Below are positions 24,222-34,105 of a stretch of 64,000 bases of DNA, in pieces. Below the pieces are notes generated by a model. That model made no database searches. It worked only from the letters and a program-made list of their open reading frames with translations, and had not been told where the DNA came from. The position numbers and the translations under genes are program-made. How positions within the stretch are numbered: the stretch's first letter is position 1; every line of letters starts with the position of its first letter. Origin of the DNA: a virus (lineage: Duplodnaviria; Heunggongvirae; Uroviricota; Caudoviricetes); the IMG/VR virus record IMGVR_UViG_3300044640_000771; one strand, written 5' to 3'.

Positions 24222-25196
24222 ATGGAGAAACAAACTATTGCTCTATTTGACTTTGACATCATCGCATATCGTGCCGCCGCAGCCGTTGAGGAACGTACTG
24301 TGGCTGTAACGCATATTCCTACAAATAAGACTAAGGTATTCAAGACTAGGACAGAATTCAAGAAGTTCTTATCCGAAAAGAATTACCCTTTCGTAGATTC
24401 TGACTATGAGTTCAGGGATATCCAAACTCCAGAGCCAGTAGAGAATGCATGTCAAATTGTCAAGAAGCAAGTTAATACAATCAAACAAGAAGTCCAAGCG
24501 GATTACATTACCGGGTATGTAGGGGTAGGAAGTACAAACTTCAGATTGAAGCTGGACTTACCGGAACTATACAAAGGTCAGCGTGAGAATATGCTGCGAC
24601 CAATTCATTTAGATGAAGCCAAGAAATATGCACTGAAGAAATTTCCTGGAGAGCTAGTCGAGGAAGTTGAAGCGGATGATTATCTTGTAATCAAATACCA
24701 TGAGTACAAACAAGCTGGTCACGATCCTGTGGTTATCACTTTGGATAAAGATCAGAAAGGGTGTGTAGGAACTAAATACTACGACTGGACTCAACCTGAT
24801 GCAAAGATTATCGAAGTACCAGCCTTTGGATACTTGACTTATATCGAAGAAAAGAAGAAGATTGACGGTGTAGGATTAAACTTCTACTGCTATCAAATGC
24901 TTTGCGGAGATAATGCAGATAACTATGGTCCGTCTGATTTGCACAAGAAAAAGTTCGGCGATAAGTCTGCTCTGAAAGTACTAGAGAAACTAGAATGTGT
25001 AGATCAGTTATTTGGTGCAGTAGAGAAACAATACAAAGAATGGTTCCCTGAACCTGTTACGTATAAGACACAAACAGGATTCATTGTTACGAAAGACTAC
25101 CGTGAACTTCTTGATTTATACCATCAAGCTGCGTATATGAAGCGTGTAAAGAATGACACAACAGGCTTCTATGATCTATGGGAGGAATTTAAATGA
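24222..25196 (+). CDS. 5'-3' exonuclease / flap endonuclease (T4 RNase H-like / T7 gp6-like)
   Basis: N-terminal IALFDFDIIAYRAAAA (FEN N-domain) and H3TH-like LCGDNADNYGPS. Confidence 0.65.
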   Translation: MEKQTIALFDFDIIAYRAAAAVEERTVAVTHIPTNKTKVFKTRTEFKKFLSEKNYPFVDSDYEFRDIQTPEPVENACQIVKKQVNTIKQEVQADYITGYVGVGSTNFRLKLDLPELYKGQRENMLRPIHLDEAKKYALKKFPGELVEEVEADDYLVIKYHEYKQAGHDPVVITLDKDQKGCVGTKYYDWTQPDAKIIEVPAFGYLTYIEEKKKIDGVGLNFYCYQMLCGDNADNYGPSDLHKKKFGDKSALKVLEKLECVDQLFGAVEKQYKEWFPEPVTYKTQTGFIVTKDYRELLDLYHQAAYMKRVKNDTTGFYDLWEEFK

Positions 25197-25444
25197 CACA
25201 AACAAAACTATACCGTAAGAAACCAATTCCGGTTAAAGCGTATCAATATACGATGGACATGTTTCTAGCTCAAGCAGATGTACCAGGAGTTGCATATACT
25301 ATTACAGGTACACCTTTCATTCAAACCCTTGAAGGTAGAATGACAGTAGCGGTAGGTTCATATGTGGTGCAAGGTCCGCATGGTGAATACTGGGCAGTTA
25401 AAGAACACATCTTCAATGATACGTATGAAGAAGTCACTCTATAA
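25193..25444 (+). CDS. hypothetical protein
   Basis: 83 aa. Confidence 0.35.
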   Translation: MTQTKLYRKKPIPVKAYQYTMDMFLAQADVPGVAYTITGTPFIQTLEGRMTVAVGSYVVQGPHGEYWAVKEHIFNDTYEEVTL

Positions 25445-25961
25445 TCCCAAGGATGTAGCAAGGGTACGCGATGAATTATTTGACAAGCAAAATGAAAAGT
25501 GCGCTATTACTGGTTTGGCAATTGATAAAAGAGAGGCCGTCCTCGACCATTGCCACAATTCTAATCATGTACGTGCTGTTTTGCATCGTCAGTCAAATGC
25601 TACTTTAGGTAAAATAGAGAACATGTGGAATCGATACCTTGCATGGTGGTATCCACATGATCTTGCTACATTCCTAAGACAATGCGCCGACTACTTAGAA
25701 CGAAACCATCCACAGGAATACTATCACCCTGGGTGGAAGAAATCAGTTCTTGTATCCTTTAACAAATTACCTTCTGTGTATCAAATGGAAGTACTGCAAG
25801 ACTTGTATAATGCAGTTGGTCTTGATATACCAGTAGACAAGAAGAACAACAGCACGATTCGCAAGGCTCAATTTAAAAGATTGATATTGAATAGGTCACT
25901 TGGTTATGATATAATTGAGGCCACAATCCAAAACGTAAAGGATAAATTCTATGGTACATAA
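25425..25961 (+). CDS. recombination endonuclease VII-like (His-Me finger Holliday junction resolvase)
   Basis: CAITG...AVLDHCHNSNHVRAVLHRQSNATLGKIEN resembles the T4 gp49 zinc/His-Me core. Confidence 0.65.
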   Translation: MKKSLYNPKDVARVRDELFDKQNEKCAITGLAIDKREAVLDHCHNSNHVRAVLHRQSNATLGKIENMWNRYLAWWYPHDLATFLRQCADYLERNHPQEYYHPGWKKSVLVSFNKLPSVYQMEVLQDLYNAVGLDIPVDKKNNSTIRKAQFKRLILNRSLGYDIIEATIQNVKDKFYGT

Positions 25962-26856
25962 CAAAGAAACAATTGACTTCATCATCAAGTCTAAGGCAGC
26001 AGGCTATTCATCACGAGAGATTGCATCAATTCTAGGCATTGGAAAGTCAACTGTCAATGACATTTACAATCGGCATTCAGGTCGCACTCCCAAGATTGCA
26101 CTACTTGACTTGGAAACTGCTGCTGCAGTATCCTATCACTTCAGCAGATGGAACATCAACGTTACTGAAAATCACGTAAAGACAGAAGGTGGCAACATCC
26201 TGGTTGGATGCTACAAGTGGCTAGGCGAAGATAACACCTATTTCTTGAATCAATCTCCAAAGGAAATCAAGACTCTAGATGATTCTCGTATCGTAGCAAC
26301 TCTGTATGATCTGTACGAACAAGCTGATGCGGTTGTAATGCATAACGGTAAGAAGTTCGATCACAAAGTACTACAGACTCGTGGTTTATATCACAACTAC
26401 GGAAAGCTACCTACAGTAAAGATTATCGATACCCTAGAAATTGCTAAGAAGAAACTACGTTTCCCTAGCAACCGTCTGGACAGCATCGCTAATTATTTAG
26501 GTCTAGGACGTAAACTTGATACTGGCGGAATTGACTTGTGGAAGCAAGTTCAAGAAGGCGACAAAGAAGCAATGGAAAAAATGAAGGACTATTGCATTCA
26601 AGACGTAAATCTGTTAGAATCTGTTTTCATGAGGATGGCTCATCTTGGTATCGACGGTTATAACGCTGCTCTGTACTTCAACGATGATGAACGTAGATGC
26701 AATGTCTGCGGTGGAGTTCACGTAGAACCCACAGGTCGTTACTCTTATACTTCGGTCAGCGCATTCTCAGAATATGAGTGCCTAGATTGTGGAGCAATCA
26801 GCCGAGATAGAAAGTCTACGGTATCGAAAGATAAGCGTAGTAAATTACTAACCTGA
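25951..26856 (+). CDS. DEDD-family 3'-5' exonuclease with N-terminal HTH
   Basis: HTH GYSSREIASILGIGKSTVNDIY. Exo I IALLDLETAAA, Exo II VMHNGKKFDHKVL, Exo III YCIQDVNLL. C-terminal Cys cluster. Confidence 0.65.
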   Translation: MVHNKETIDFIIKSKAAGYSSREIASILGIGKSTVNDIYNRHSGRTPKIALLDLETAAAVSYHFSRWNINVTENHVKTEGGNILVGCYKWLGEDNTYFLNQSPKEIKTLDDSRIVATLYDLYEQADAVVMHNGKKFDHKVLQTRGLYHNYGKLPTVKIIDTLEIAKKKLRFPSNRLDSIANYLGLGRKLDTGGIDLWKQVQEGDKEAMEKMKDYCIQDVNLLESVFMRMAHLGIDGYNAALYFNDDERRCNVCGGVHVEPTGRYSYTSVSAFSEYECLDCGAISRDRKSTVSKDKRSKLLT

Positions 26857-26863
26857 AGAATTT

Positions 26864-26890
26864 CCCCTGGTTAATTCCAGGGGTTATTTT
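26864..26890 (+). terminator. rho-independent terminator
   Basis: CCCCTGG-TTAATT-CCAGGGG followed by TTATTTT. Loop motif shared with the 24175 terminator. Confidence 0.65.
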
Positions 26891-26907
26891 AATTTAAGGA
26901 GCACAAT

Positions 26908-27090
26908 ATGAAATATCAAGCCGAAGTTCATTTCGTAGTGAATACAAGTACAGGGGCACGAGTCTCGCCGTATTACACTCGATTTGGGGATGCAGTTAAC
27001 AAAGCCAAAAGGATTAACAAGTGCGCGTTTAATGGTGATCACCATATAGCGGTCACAGCAGAGATTAACGTAGAAGTAAAGGAAGACTAA
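26908..27090 (+). CDS. hypothetical small protein
   Basis: 60 aa, AAGGAG SD. Confidence 0.35.
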   Translation: MKYQAEVHFVVNTSTGARVSPYYTRFGDAVNKAKRINKCAFNGDHHIAVTAEINVEVKED

Positions 27091-27566
27091 TGGATTATAC
27101 TTACGATCAATTTGCAGATAAGGTACGGACATTTAACACTGTAGCAGGAAAAGATAAAGTTCCGACAAAGCAAGACCTAGTAAATCAGATGAAGATTATT
27201 CTGGAAGAAGTCAAAGAAACTATTGACGATCTAGAAGCAAATAACCGAGAAGGTGTACTTGACGGTTATACTGATATGATGGTAACTGTAGTTGGATTCG
27301 GTCATATGCTAGAAGCACTGAATATCCCTGTACGGGCAGCGCTGCATGCTACTGCAGATAACAACATGACAAAATTCCCTCGTCCTGATGATAACATTGT
27401 TAACGATACCCTTGCCCTTTATCCAGACATTAAGGTGCAGGCAATCTACAACAGTACGTATGACATGATTGTTTTCAAGGATGCTAACAATAAGGTACGA
27501 AAGCCAGCGGGATATGTAGCTAATTCTCTTGTGCATTTCGTACCAGATACATGGAGGTTAGAATGA
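27090..27566 (+). CDS. MazG-like all-alpha nucleoside triphosphate pyrophosphohydrolase (candidate dNTP pyrophosphatase)
   Basis: ILEEVKETIDDLEANNREGVLDGYTDMMVTVVGF matches the MazG/HisE EExxE...D helix pattern. Confidence 0.5.
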   Translation: MDYTYDQFADKVRTFNTVAGKDKVPTKQDLVNQMKIILEEVKETIDDLEANNREGVLDGYTDMMVTVVGFGHMLEALNIPVRAALHATADNNMTKFPRPDDNIVNDTLALYPDIKVQAIYNSTYDMIVFKDANNKVRKPAGYVANSLVHFVPDTWRLE

Positions 27567-28072
27567 TTAGCACAGGACAAAGCCACCCACTACGTAGAGA
27601 ATCAGACTATCCACTGATTAGAGAAGTATTCGAAGATACCAACAAGCCAAGTAATCCAAAAGATTCCATCGGTATTCGTAAAGTACCAATGTCGGTTGTA
27701 CCTGCAAATGTATTAGCTGAAGTTGCTGCTGCTCTGATGGAAGGTGCTAGTAAGTATGGTAGACACAATTACCGAGAAGTCGGAGTAAGAGCTAGTGTTT
27801 ATTACGATGCTGCAATGCGACATTTGATGGCATGGTGGGAAGGTGAAGACCTTGATCCTGATACTGCCAATACTATCTCGCACATTACAAAGACAATCTC
27901 TGCACTGGTAGTACTTCGTGATAGTATGATGCAAGAGAACTGGACAGATGATAGACCACCGAAATCTGTACCTTTTTATTCAAGACTAAACGCTGCATGT
28001 TCAGATATCCTTGACAAGTATTCTGACAAGAATCCTAAGCATGTAACAGAACTAAATAAGGTGGAAAAATGA
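27551..28072 (+). CDS. hypothetical protein (possibly nucleotide pyrophosphohydrolase-associated)
   Basis: 173 aa. NPKDSIG...KYGRHNY block. Family uncertain. Confidence 0.35.
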   Translation: MEVRMISTGQSHPLRRESDYPLIREVFEDTNKPSNPKDSIGIRKVPMSVVPANVLAEVAAALMEGASKYGRHNYREVGVRASVYYDAAMRHLMAWWEGEDLDPDTANTISHITKTISALVVLRDSMMQENWTDDRPPKSVPFYSRLNAACSDILDKYSDKNPKHVTELNKVEK

Positions 28073-28488
28073 CATTCAAACTAACTCGTGACTCAATGAT
28101 CGTAGCCAGTGTATTCGTATCTGAATCTGAACTGAAGGTTGCCAAGCCTGAGTTCTACTCTGGATATGAAGATAAAAATCCTACTGCATTTAAACAATGG
28201 TTGTATGAGTTAGGGGTAGACACCAATCTACCCGTAGCAAAACAAAAAGGATTAAAGCATCGCAATCGAATGAATCAAGTTGTTGTCTGTGATCGCTGGC
28301 TAGGAGAAGAACGACAAGACGAAGAATGGATTAACTCTGGTTATGCCAGCAGGGAAGCTAGAGATAAGTACTCAGGCAATCGTATTCTAGAAGACTTGTA
28401 TCGTTCACGTAATCTGACCGTAGATGCACAGAACATTCTGGAAGATAGAGATAAACATACTGTAATTGATGAAAGTAACTGGGAATAA
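28069..28488 (+). CDS. hypothetical protein
   Basis: 139 aa. Confidence 0.35.
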   Translation: MTFKLTRDSMIVASVFVSESELKVAKPEFYSGYEDKNPTAFKQWLYELGVDTNLPVAKQKGLKHRNRMNQVVVCDRWLGEERQDEEWINSGYASREARDKYSGNRILEDLYRSRNLTVDAQNILEDRDKHTVIDESNWE

Positions 28489-28489
28489 C

Positions 28490-29482
28490 ATGGAAAAACA
28501 TTTACTACCTGTTGAAGAATATAAAGAACCAATTGAATTTGCGAATCAGCAACTAAAAATCTTCTGGCTACCTGACGAGATTAAAGTAGAAAAGGATATC
28601 CAAGATGTTCTTGTGAATTTCACTGAATCTGAAAAGCACGCTGTTATCTCGGTACTAAAGCTATTCAGTATCTACGAAACTCACGCTGGTGACGAATACT
28701 GGGGTAAGCGATTCAAGGACATGTTTGATGGTGCAGAATTCCATAGAATGGCATCCGTCTTTAGTATGTTTGAACTTGCTGTGCATGCACCGTTCTATAA
28801 CAAGATCAATGAACTACTGCATATCAATACTCCTGAATTCTACAATTCATACCAGCAAGACGAAGTATTGAAAGCTCGTGTAGAACATCTTGGTGAGATT
28901 ATCGATCATCACAGTGATCTAGTATCTCTTGCTGCTTTCTCAATGGTTGAAGGTGTAATTCTGTACAGTTCATTTGCTTACCTAAAGCACTACCAATCTG
29001 AAGGTAAGAACAAGCTAATGAACGTTGTGAGAGGTATCAACTTTTCTGTACGTGACGAGAATCTGCATTCAATGGCTGGTGCATGGGCATTTAAACTTAA
29101 GATGAAACAGAAAGAAGAATATTGGAAGAGTAAGGGATACGATGTAGAGTTTCAGAAGCAAATAGTACTAGCTAAGATTCATCAAGCTGAAGACTTGCTG
29201 GTGGAACACGAAGATGCTATCATCGACAAGATTTTTGAGAAGGGTGATATCCCAGGTATTACTTCACATCAACTCAAGCAGTTTGTCCGTAGTCGTGTAA
29301 ACGAATGCAGAAAACAATTAGGTCTTGAGAAGAAATACGATGTGAAATACAATCCGATTGCCGACTGGTTCTACAAGGGTATCAATAACTATCAATTCAA
29401 TGACTTCTTCTCAGGGCAAGGTAGAGAATATAACCGCAATTGGGACGAGAGTGCTTTTACATGGGGAACGAGCAATGGGTGA
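28490..29482 (+). CDS. nrdB: ribonucleotide reductase small (beta) subunit, class Ia
   Basis: Ferritin-like di-iron ligands (VEGVILYSSFAYL, RDENLHSMAG). Confidence 0.85.
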   Translation: MEKHLLPVEEYKEPIEFANQQLKIFWLPDEIKVEKDIQDVLVNFTESEKHAVISVLKLFSIYETHAGDEYWGKRFKDMFDGAEFHRMASVFSMFELAVHAPFYNKINELLHINTPEFYNSYQQDEVLKARVEHLGEIIDHHSDLVSLAAFSMVEGVILYSSFAYLKHYQSEGKNKLMNVVRGINFSVRDENLHSMAGAWAFKLKMKQKEEYWKSKGYDVEFQKQIVLAKIHQAEDLLVEHEDAIIDKIFEKGDIPGITSHQLKQFVRSRVNECRKQLGLEKKYDVKYNPIADWFYKGINNYQFNDFFSGQGREYNRNWDESAFTWGTSNG

Positions 29483-31190
29483 CAATCTATATAAGAAACT
29501 AAGTCAAGAACGAAAAGAACTACAGGAGAAGGGCTTAGTCCCTTCTTGGTATTCTACAGGCGCATATCAAATGTTTAAGGATAAGTACGAGTATGACACT
29601 AAAGGTCGTTCAGTACGAGGTCAATTTGAACGAATTGCAAAGACTGCCGCAGATCATCTTCGTGGTACAAAGCTGGACACATATGCGGATCAAGCAGAAA
29701 CAGAATTCTTCAATCTACTATGGTCCGGCTTACTGTCTCCGAGTACACCAGTGCTGGCAAACATGGGTACTGACCGAGGAATGTCTGTATCCTGTAGCGG
29801 CGGATATATTGAAGATTCTGTAGGAGGTTTCTATGAAACTCTGCATGAAACTGCGTTACTAACTAAGTACGGCTTCGGTACATCTGCTTATCTAGGCGAT
29901 ATTCGTCCTCGTGGTTCTCCTATCAGCGTAGGTGGGAAAGCTTCCGGTGTTCTGCCGGTATTCAAGGACTATGTTAACGCGATGCGTAATATTGCGCAAG
30001 GTACTGCTCGTAGAGGCGCATGGGCGGGTTACATTGAAATCACACACAATGATTTCGATGAACTTGTAGATCACATTATGGCGGAACCCGATGATGCCAA
30101 TATCGGATGGATTGTTACTGATGAATTCATTCAGGGTCTAGAAGCAAATAACCTGGATTATATTCGTAGATTCCAGAAGGCAATGAAGATGAAGATGATT
30201 CTCGGTAAAGGCTACTTCTGCTTTATCGACAAGATCAATCGTAAGCGTCCTGCTGCTTACGTGAATCATAATCTATACGTGCGTTCATCTAATCTGTGTG
30301 ACGAAATTACTTTGTTCTCAGATGAAGAGCATACGTTCACTTGTGTGCTTTCTTCAATGAACGTATATAAGTACAGACTGATGAAAGGCACTGACGCTGT
30401 ATTTTGGGCTACGGTATTCCTGGATTGCGTAGCTGAAGACTTCATTCAGAAAGCCAAGGGAATCAAAGGTCTAGAGAAAGCTGTAAGATTTACTCAGAAG
30501 GGTAGAGCACTAGGATTAGGTCAGTGTGGTTTCCATACTCTGCTACAATCTGAAGGAATTCCTTTTGAGTCATTCGAAGCTCACATGCTGAGTCAAGAGA
30601 TTGCTGCTCACATCTGGAATGAATCAGAAAGAGCTAGTCGCTGGATGGCTGAATGGCTAGGTGAACCTGAGTGGTGCCAAGGAACAGGTCTTCGTAATAG
30701 TCATCGAATTGCTATTGCGCCGACAAAGAGTACTGCCTTACTGATGGGTGGAATCTCTGAAGGTATCAATCCTGATCCAGCGATGGCTTACAATCAGACA
30801 ACAGCCGCAGGAGAAGTTGACCGAATCAATCCAGTACTACTTGACTTGATGAAGAAGAAGGGTGTATACTCTCCGAAACACATTAAGGAAGTCCAGGATG
30901 CTCAAGGAAGTGTTCAGCATGTAAGCTGGCTATCTGACAAAGAAAAGGAAGTATTCAAGACTGCCTTTGAAATTAACCAGAAAGCTATCTTGCGCATGGC
31001 TTCTGCTCGCGGTAAGTACATCGATCAATGGCAATCGTTGAACGGTTTCTTTGCTGCAGATGAAGACCCTGCTTGGATTGCTGAAGTACATCGTGAAGCT
31101 TTCCTTGACGAAGGTATTCTTGGGATGTACTATGTGTATACTCAAGCTGGTGTTCAAGCTAGTAAAGGTGAGTGCGAAGCTTGCCAATAA
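29475..31190 (+). CDS. nrdA: ribonucleotide reductase large (alpha) subunit, class I, no ATP cone
   Basis: RNR catalytic barrel motifs (VLANMGTDRGMSVSC, NLCDEI, PTKSTALLMGGISEGINP). C-terminal CEAC cysteine pair. ATGGGTGA overlap with nrdB. Confidence 0.85.
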   Translation: MGDNLYKKLSQERKELQEKGLVPSWYSTGAYQMFKDKYEYDTKGRSVRGQFERIAKTAADHLRGTKLDTYADQAETEFFNLLWSGLLSPSTPVLANMGTDRGMSVSCSGGYIEDSVGGFYETLHETALLTKYGFGTSAYLGDIRPRGSPISVGGKASGVLPVFKDYVNAMRNIAQGTARRGAWAGYIEITHNDFDELVDHIMAEPDDANIGWIVTDEFIQGLEANNLDYIRRFQKAMKMKMILGKGYFCFIDKINRKRPAAYVNHNLYVRSSNLCDEITLFSDEEHTFTCVLSSMNVYKYRLMKGTDAVFWATVFLDCVAEDFIQKAKGIKGLEKAVRFTQKGRALGLGQCGFHTLLQSEGIPFESFEAHMLSQEIAAHIWNESERASRWMAEWLGEPEWCQGTGLRNSHRIAIAPTKSTALLMGGISEGINPDPAMAYNQTTAAGEVDRINPVLLDLMKKKGVYSPKHIKEVQDAQGSVQHVSWLSDKEKEVFKTAFEINQKAILRMASARGKYIDQWQSLNGFFAADEDPAWIAEVHREAFLDEGILGMYYVYTQAGVQASKGECEACQ

Positions 31191-31193
31191 ACC

Positions 31194-31215
31194 GAGAAGG
31201 GAGAAATCCCTTCTC
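31194..31215 (+). terminator. stable hairpin after nrdA (attenuator or RNA-stability element)
   Basis: GAGAAGGGA-GAAA-TCCCTTCTC 9-bp stem. No strong T-tract. Confidence 0.35.
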
Positions 31216-31231
31216 ATTCGAAAGGAGAGAT

Positions 31232-31681
31232 ATGAACTGGTTACAAAAACTAATTGCTAAGTTTCGTCGGAAGCCTATTGTTGCATCTTCTGTACCAGCA
31301 GCTGTACCAAAACGACTCACACCTGTATCGAGTGTGGCATCCAATGTACAATACAAGCAAGCTGTACGAAGTCACCTTAACGTGAGTGCTAGACCAAAGC
31401 CTAAGTATGTACCTCCGCAACCTGCACCAATTGGAAATATTACTCGTGAGTATCGTACCGAAACCAGAGTCGAAAGTTCATCAGATGTTGACTTGTTGAC
31501 ACCGCTAGTTGTTGCGTATATGATGCAGTCACAAACCAGCCCTTCGTATTCCTGCCCAGCACCAGAACCTGAGAAATTCTCTTCGGGTGGTGGTGGAGAT
31601 TACGGTGGTGGCGGTGCATCTGGATCATGGGATTCAGGTAGCTCAAGCAGTGATAGCGGGTCATCAAATGACAACTACTAA
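31232..31681 (+). CDS. hypothetical protein with Gly/Ser-rich C-terminus
   Basis: AAAGGAGAG SD. C-terminal SGGGGDYGGGGASGSWDSGSSSSDSGSS. Confidence 0.4.
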   Translation: MNWLQKLIAKFRRKPIVASSVPAAVPKRLTPVSSVASNVQYKQAVRSHLNVSARPKPKYVPPQPAPIGNITREYRTETRVESSSDVDLLTPLVVAYMMQSQTSPSYSCPAPEPEKFSSGGGGDYGGGGASGSWDSGSSSSDSGSSNDNY

Positions 31682-31895
31682 ACAGAGTGATTATGATTTT
31701 GTAAAAGAGATATTGCGCGCTTGGCGATGTATTCGAATTGATGCCAAAGGAAACAGAATGATTCATCATTTCGTTGCTTGGCTAGATGAAGATATCAATG
31801 CTTTTATAGAAGATGAAATTAAACACGGAAGTAAGTTCTATGACTACAAAGAGTATTTCGTTAATAAAACACTAAAGGAAATCTATGCCAAATAA
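31668..31895 (+). CDS. hypothetical protein
   Basis: Start MTTTKQSDYDF overlaps the upstream stop. Confidence 0.35.
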   Translation: MTTTKQSDYDFVKEILRAWRCIRIDAKGNRMIHHFVAWLDEDINAFIEDEIKHGSKFYDYKEYFVNKTLKEIYAK

Positions 31896-32139
31896 AGTAC
31901 TACTAAAAGCATCAGCATCATGGTGCCAACCCTGTAAGAATCTACAGAACGTAATTGATTCTACGGAATTAAACGTAGATGAAATTCAACTGATTGATAT
32001 CGATGAAAATCCAGACTTTGCATATGAGTATGGTATCCGTGGAATTCCTACGTTGATTCTATACGAAGATGGTTCAGAGGTTCGTCGTACATCAGGTGCT
32101 CTGACGAAAGAGCAATTGATTCAATTTGTTGGAGATTAA
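31885..32139 (+). CDS. thioredoxin
   Basis: WCQPCK active site. 84 aa. Sits downstream of the RNR genes. Confidence 0.8.
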   Translation: MPNKVLLKASASWCQPCKNLQNVIDSTELNVDEIQLIDIDENPDFAYEYGIRGIPTLILYEDGSEVRRTSGALTKEQLIQFVGD

Positions 32140-32140
32140 A

Positions 32141-32338
32141 ATGACGAAAAATGTAAGAGTTGAAAACGCCTGTACATCAACATTTGAAGTAATCGTAGAA
32201 GTGTGGGACAAAGGTTACCCCGCTGGAGAACCTGACAAACTCGTGGAAACCATTCCACTGAAATATCCTACTTCCATGACTCGTGAAGGTTTGTACATTA
32301 CGAGCACTCGATATCTTGTAGTAAAAGAAAAGACATAA
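32141..32338 (+). CDS. hypothetical small protein
   Basis: MTKNVRVEN. Confidence 0.35.
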   Translation: MTKNVRVENACTSTFEVIVEVWDKGYPAGEPDKLVETIPLKYPTSMTREGLYITSTRYLVVKEKT

Positions 32339-32344
32339 AGAAAT

Positions 32345-32373
32345 CCCCTCCTAGCTTACGCCGGGAGGGGTTT
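32345..32373. terminator. bidirectional rho-independent terminator between the convergent + and - gene blocks
   Basis: CCCCTCC...GGAGGGG stem with a T-run on the + side (TTTCGTCATTT) and an A/T-run on the other side. Lies between convergent stop codons at 32338 and 32376. Confidence 0.6.
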
Positions 32374-32375
32374 CG

Positions 32376-32924
32376 TCATTTGGATTGTAGGATAGCTTTC
32401 GCTTCAATGTTTCTTCGGATTGTTAATCCCTTCATTACTTTACCCTTAGACTTATTCCATTTCAAGCATTCGGATGCAGCACCTTCCCAATCCTTACTGT
32501 CAATTCTTTTCTTGAATGTACTGATTCGGTAGTTACCTAGTCCGATGTTGTACACCCAGGAAAGCACTGCAGCAATTCTTAGGATATTTTCTGTAGCCAA
32601 TGTAGGGGATAGCCCTAACAGCTTAGAAAGAAAGCCTGAGAGTACCTTTGCTTTGACTTCAGTGGCATATTCTAGCGTCCAGGTTTCTCCTAGTTGAATA
32701 GGAGTACCGTCAGCATGATATGTTAGACCCCAGGCAATAGTAATCGGTAGACCAGCTTCGGGTGAACGAACCCAATTACCAAATTCATCTTGCACTTTCA
32801 AGTTACGCGATCCAGGGTCTTCGTATGCCATGAATCTACCGTCTGGTGTCATCGGTCCAGTACCCTCGCAGGGAATAAGGAAGAGTTCTACGCAGGTGCG
32901 TTTAACGTCTTCTAGTTTATTCAT
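32376..32924 (-). CDS. endolysin, GH24 lysozyme family (lambda R / P22 gp19-like)
   Basis: C-terminal LSWVYNIGLGNYRISTFKK...W...GLTIRRNIE matches the phage lysozyme signature. GGAGG SD before MNKLEDV at 32924. Confidence 0.65.
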   Translation of the reverse strand: MNKLEDVKRTCVELFLIPCEGTGPMTPDGRFMAYEDPGSRNLKVQDEFGNWVRSPEAGLPITIAWGLTYHADGTPIQLGETWTLEYATEVKAKVLSGFLSKLLGLSPTLATENILRIAAVLSWVYNIGLGNYRISTFKKRIDSKDWEGAASECLKWNKSKGKVMKGLTIRRNIEAKAILQSK

Positions 32925-33579
32925 TTTTAAGCCTCCAGCCACGATGTACTTTTGACTTCGGGCGGAAAAGATGATCTATTTTAAAACCATAAGTATTTAG
33001 AAAGTCTTTTCGTGTGCCCTCAAAGCATAATCCAGATTCGTGTACTAGTTTATGTATTTTATTGTCTGAGTTTGCAATACTTATCTTACGCTTGGCTTCA
33101 TCTGAAATCGGTCCTGTTCTATAAGGATTGAGCTTTCGGTCTTTAGACATTTTAAGCTTAGTTTCTTCGGAGTGTTTGGTTCCTTGTTTGATTTTAGAAA
33201 GCTTTCTTTTAGTCTCTTCGGATCGTTTAGAGCCTAATGAATAGGTGTTTCCTTTACGAATCAAAGACAGATTCTTACAGTACTCTTCAGAACGCTTGAT
33301 CCCAGCAACACCTTCACCACCATCCGTGAGATTTACCAATGGACCTTGTTTTAAGTTCAACCGTCCATATAAAGATATCAACTCAGCTTCAAGTTCGAAA
33401 GCATACCACTCTTGCAGATCACCTTGGACAATTTCTGCGAAGTATCCGTGTTTGTTAACTATTTTGTGCCAAAGATTAGATCGACCGACTTTTGAATTCA
33501 GTCTGCCATCTTTTCCTTTTCCAACGTAAAATATTTCACCAGTTGTTTTCTTTCGGTGGATATAAACATAAAAACTCAA
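32917..33579 (-). CDS. GIY-YIG homing endonuclease with NUMOD3 repeats
   Basis: YVYIHRKKTTGEIFYVGKGKDGR GIY-YIG motif. Repeated KRSEETKRKLSKIKQG / HSEETKLKMS NUMOD3-like units. Confidence 0.8.
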   Translation of the reverse strand: MSFYVYIHRKKTTGEIFYVGKGKDGRLNSKVGRSNLWHKIVNKHGYFAEIVQGDLQEWYAFELEAELISLYGRLNLKQGPLVNLTDGGEGVAGIKRSEEYCKNLSLIRKGNTYSLGSKRSEETKRKLSKIKQGTKHSEETKLKMSKDRKLNPYRTGPISDEAKRKISIANSDNKIHKLVHESGLCFEGTRKDFLNTYGFKIDHLFRPKSKVHRGWRLKNE

Positions 33580-33602
33580 GATAACCTCGCTTTCTCAATC
33601 AT

Positions 33603-34097
33603 TTAGTGCTTCTGGTATTTAGAAATATCTCTTGCAATAAAGTAATAGGTAAGAACCATTGTGAGCACCATAAAATCGTCATTTGTCCAACTTTGTGCGA
33701 CGATAGTAGACCAATCCATTCCCATGTAAAATCCGTTAACAACGAATGTAAGTTTAAGGATTACATAGAACAGAAAGATTGTCAAACTTATGACAGGCCT
33801 TACCATTGCAGATAACGCAGACACCCATTTGTAACTATTACTGGCAATCTTACCTTCAGCTTCTGTGGCGGCTGCAATGGCATTCATTTGCGCCACAGAA
33901 AAATCTACGTAACGCTCTTCCATTTTATAGTCGCCTTTTACGCGCTCTAAATCTGTCTGGAGTTTGAACATGCTCAACTCGTGATTGCGCTCGTTCTTAC
34001 GATCCATGAATTTTAAAATCTCAGGTGCAAGCCTAAATAATCCCCCAAAGAGACTACCAATTACACCGCTCCCAGCAAGTCCAATTAAGTCGTTCAT
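33603..34097 (-). CDS. membrane protein of the lysis cassette (holin/antiholin candidate)
   Basis: Hydrophobic segments at the N- and C-termini. Between the endolysin and other membrane proteins. Confidence 0.4.
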   Translation of the reverse strand: MNDLIGLAGSGVIGSLFGGLFRLAPEILKFMDRKNERNHELSMFKLQTDLERVKGDYKMEERYVDFSVAQMNAIAAATEAEGKIASNSYKWVSALSAMVRPVISLTIFLFYVILKLTFVVNGFYMGMDWSTIVAQSWTNDDFMVLTMVLTYYFIARDISKYQKH

Positions 34098-34105
34098 AAT
34101 TTACC

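Noticed and set aside
27090-28072. Z-genome (2-aminoadenine) biosynthesis cluster
   Set aside because: A MazG-like protein is present, but no PurZ (adenylosuccinate-synthetase-like) gene or HD-domain DatZ was found in the window, so the evidence is insufficient.
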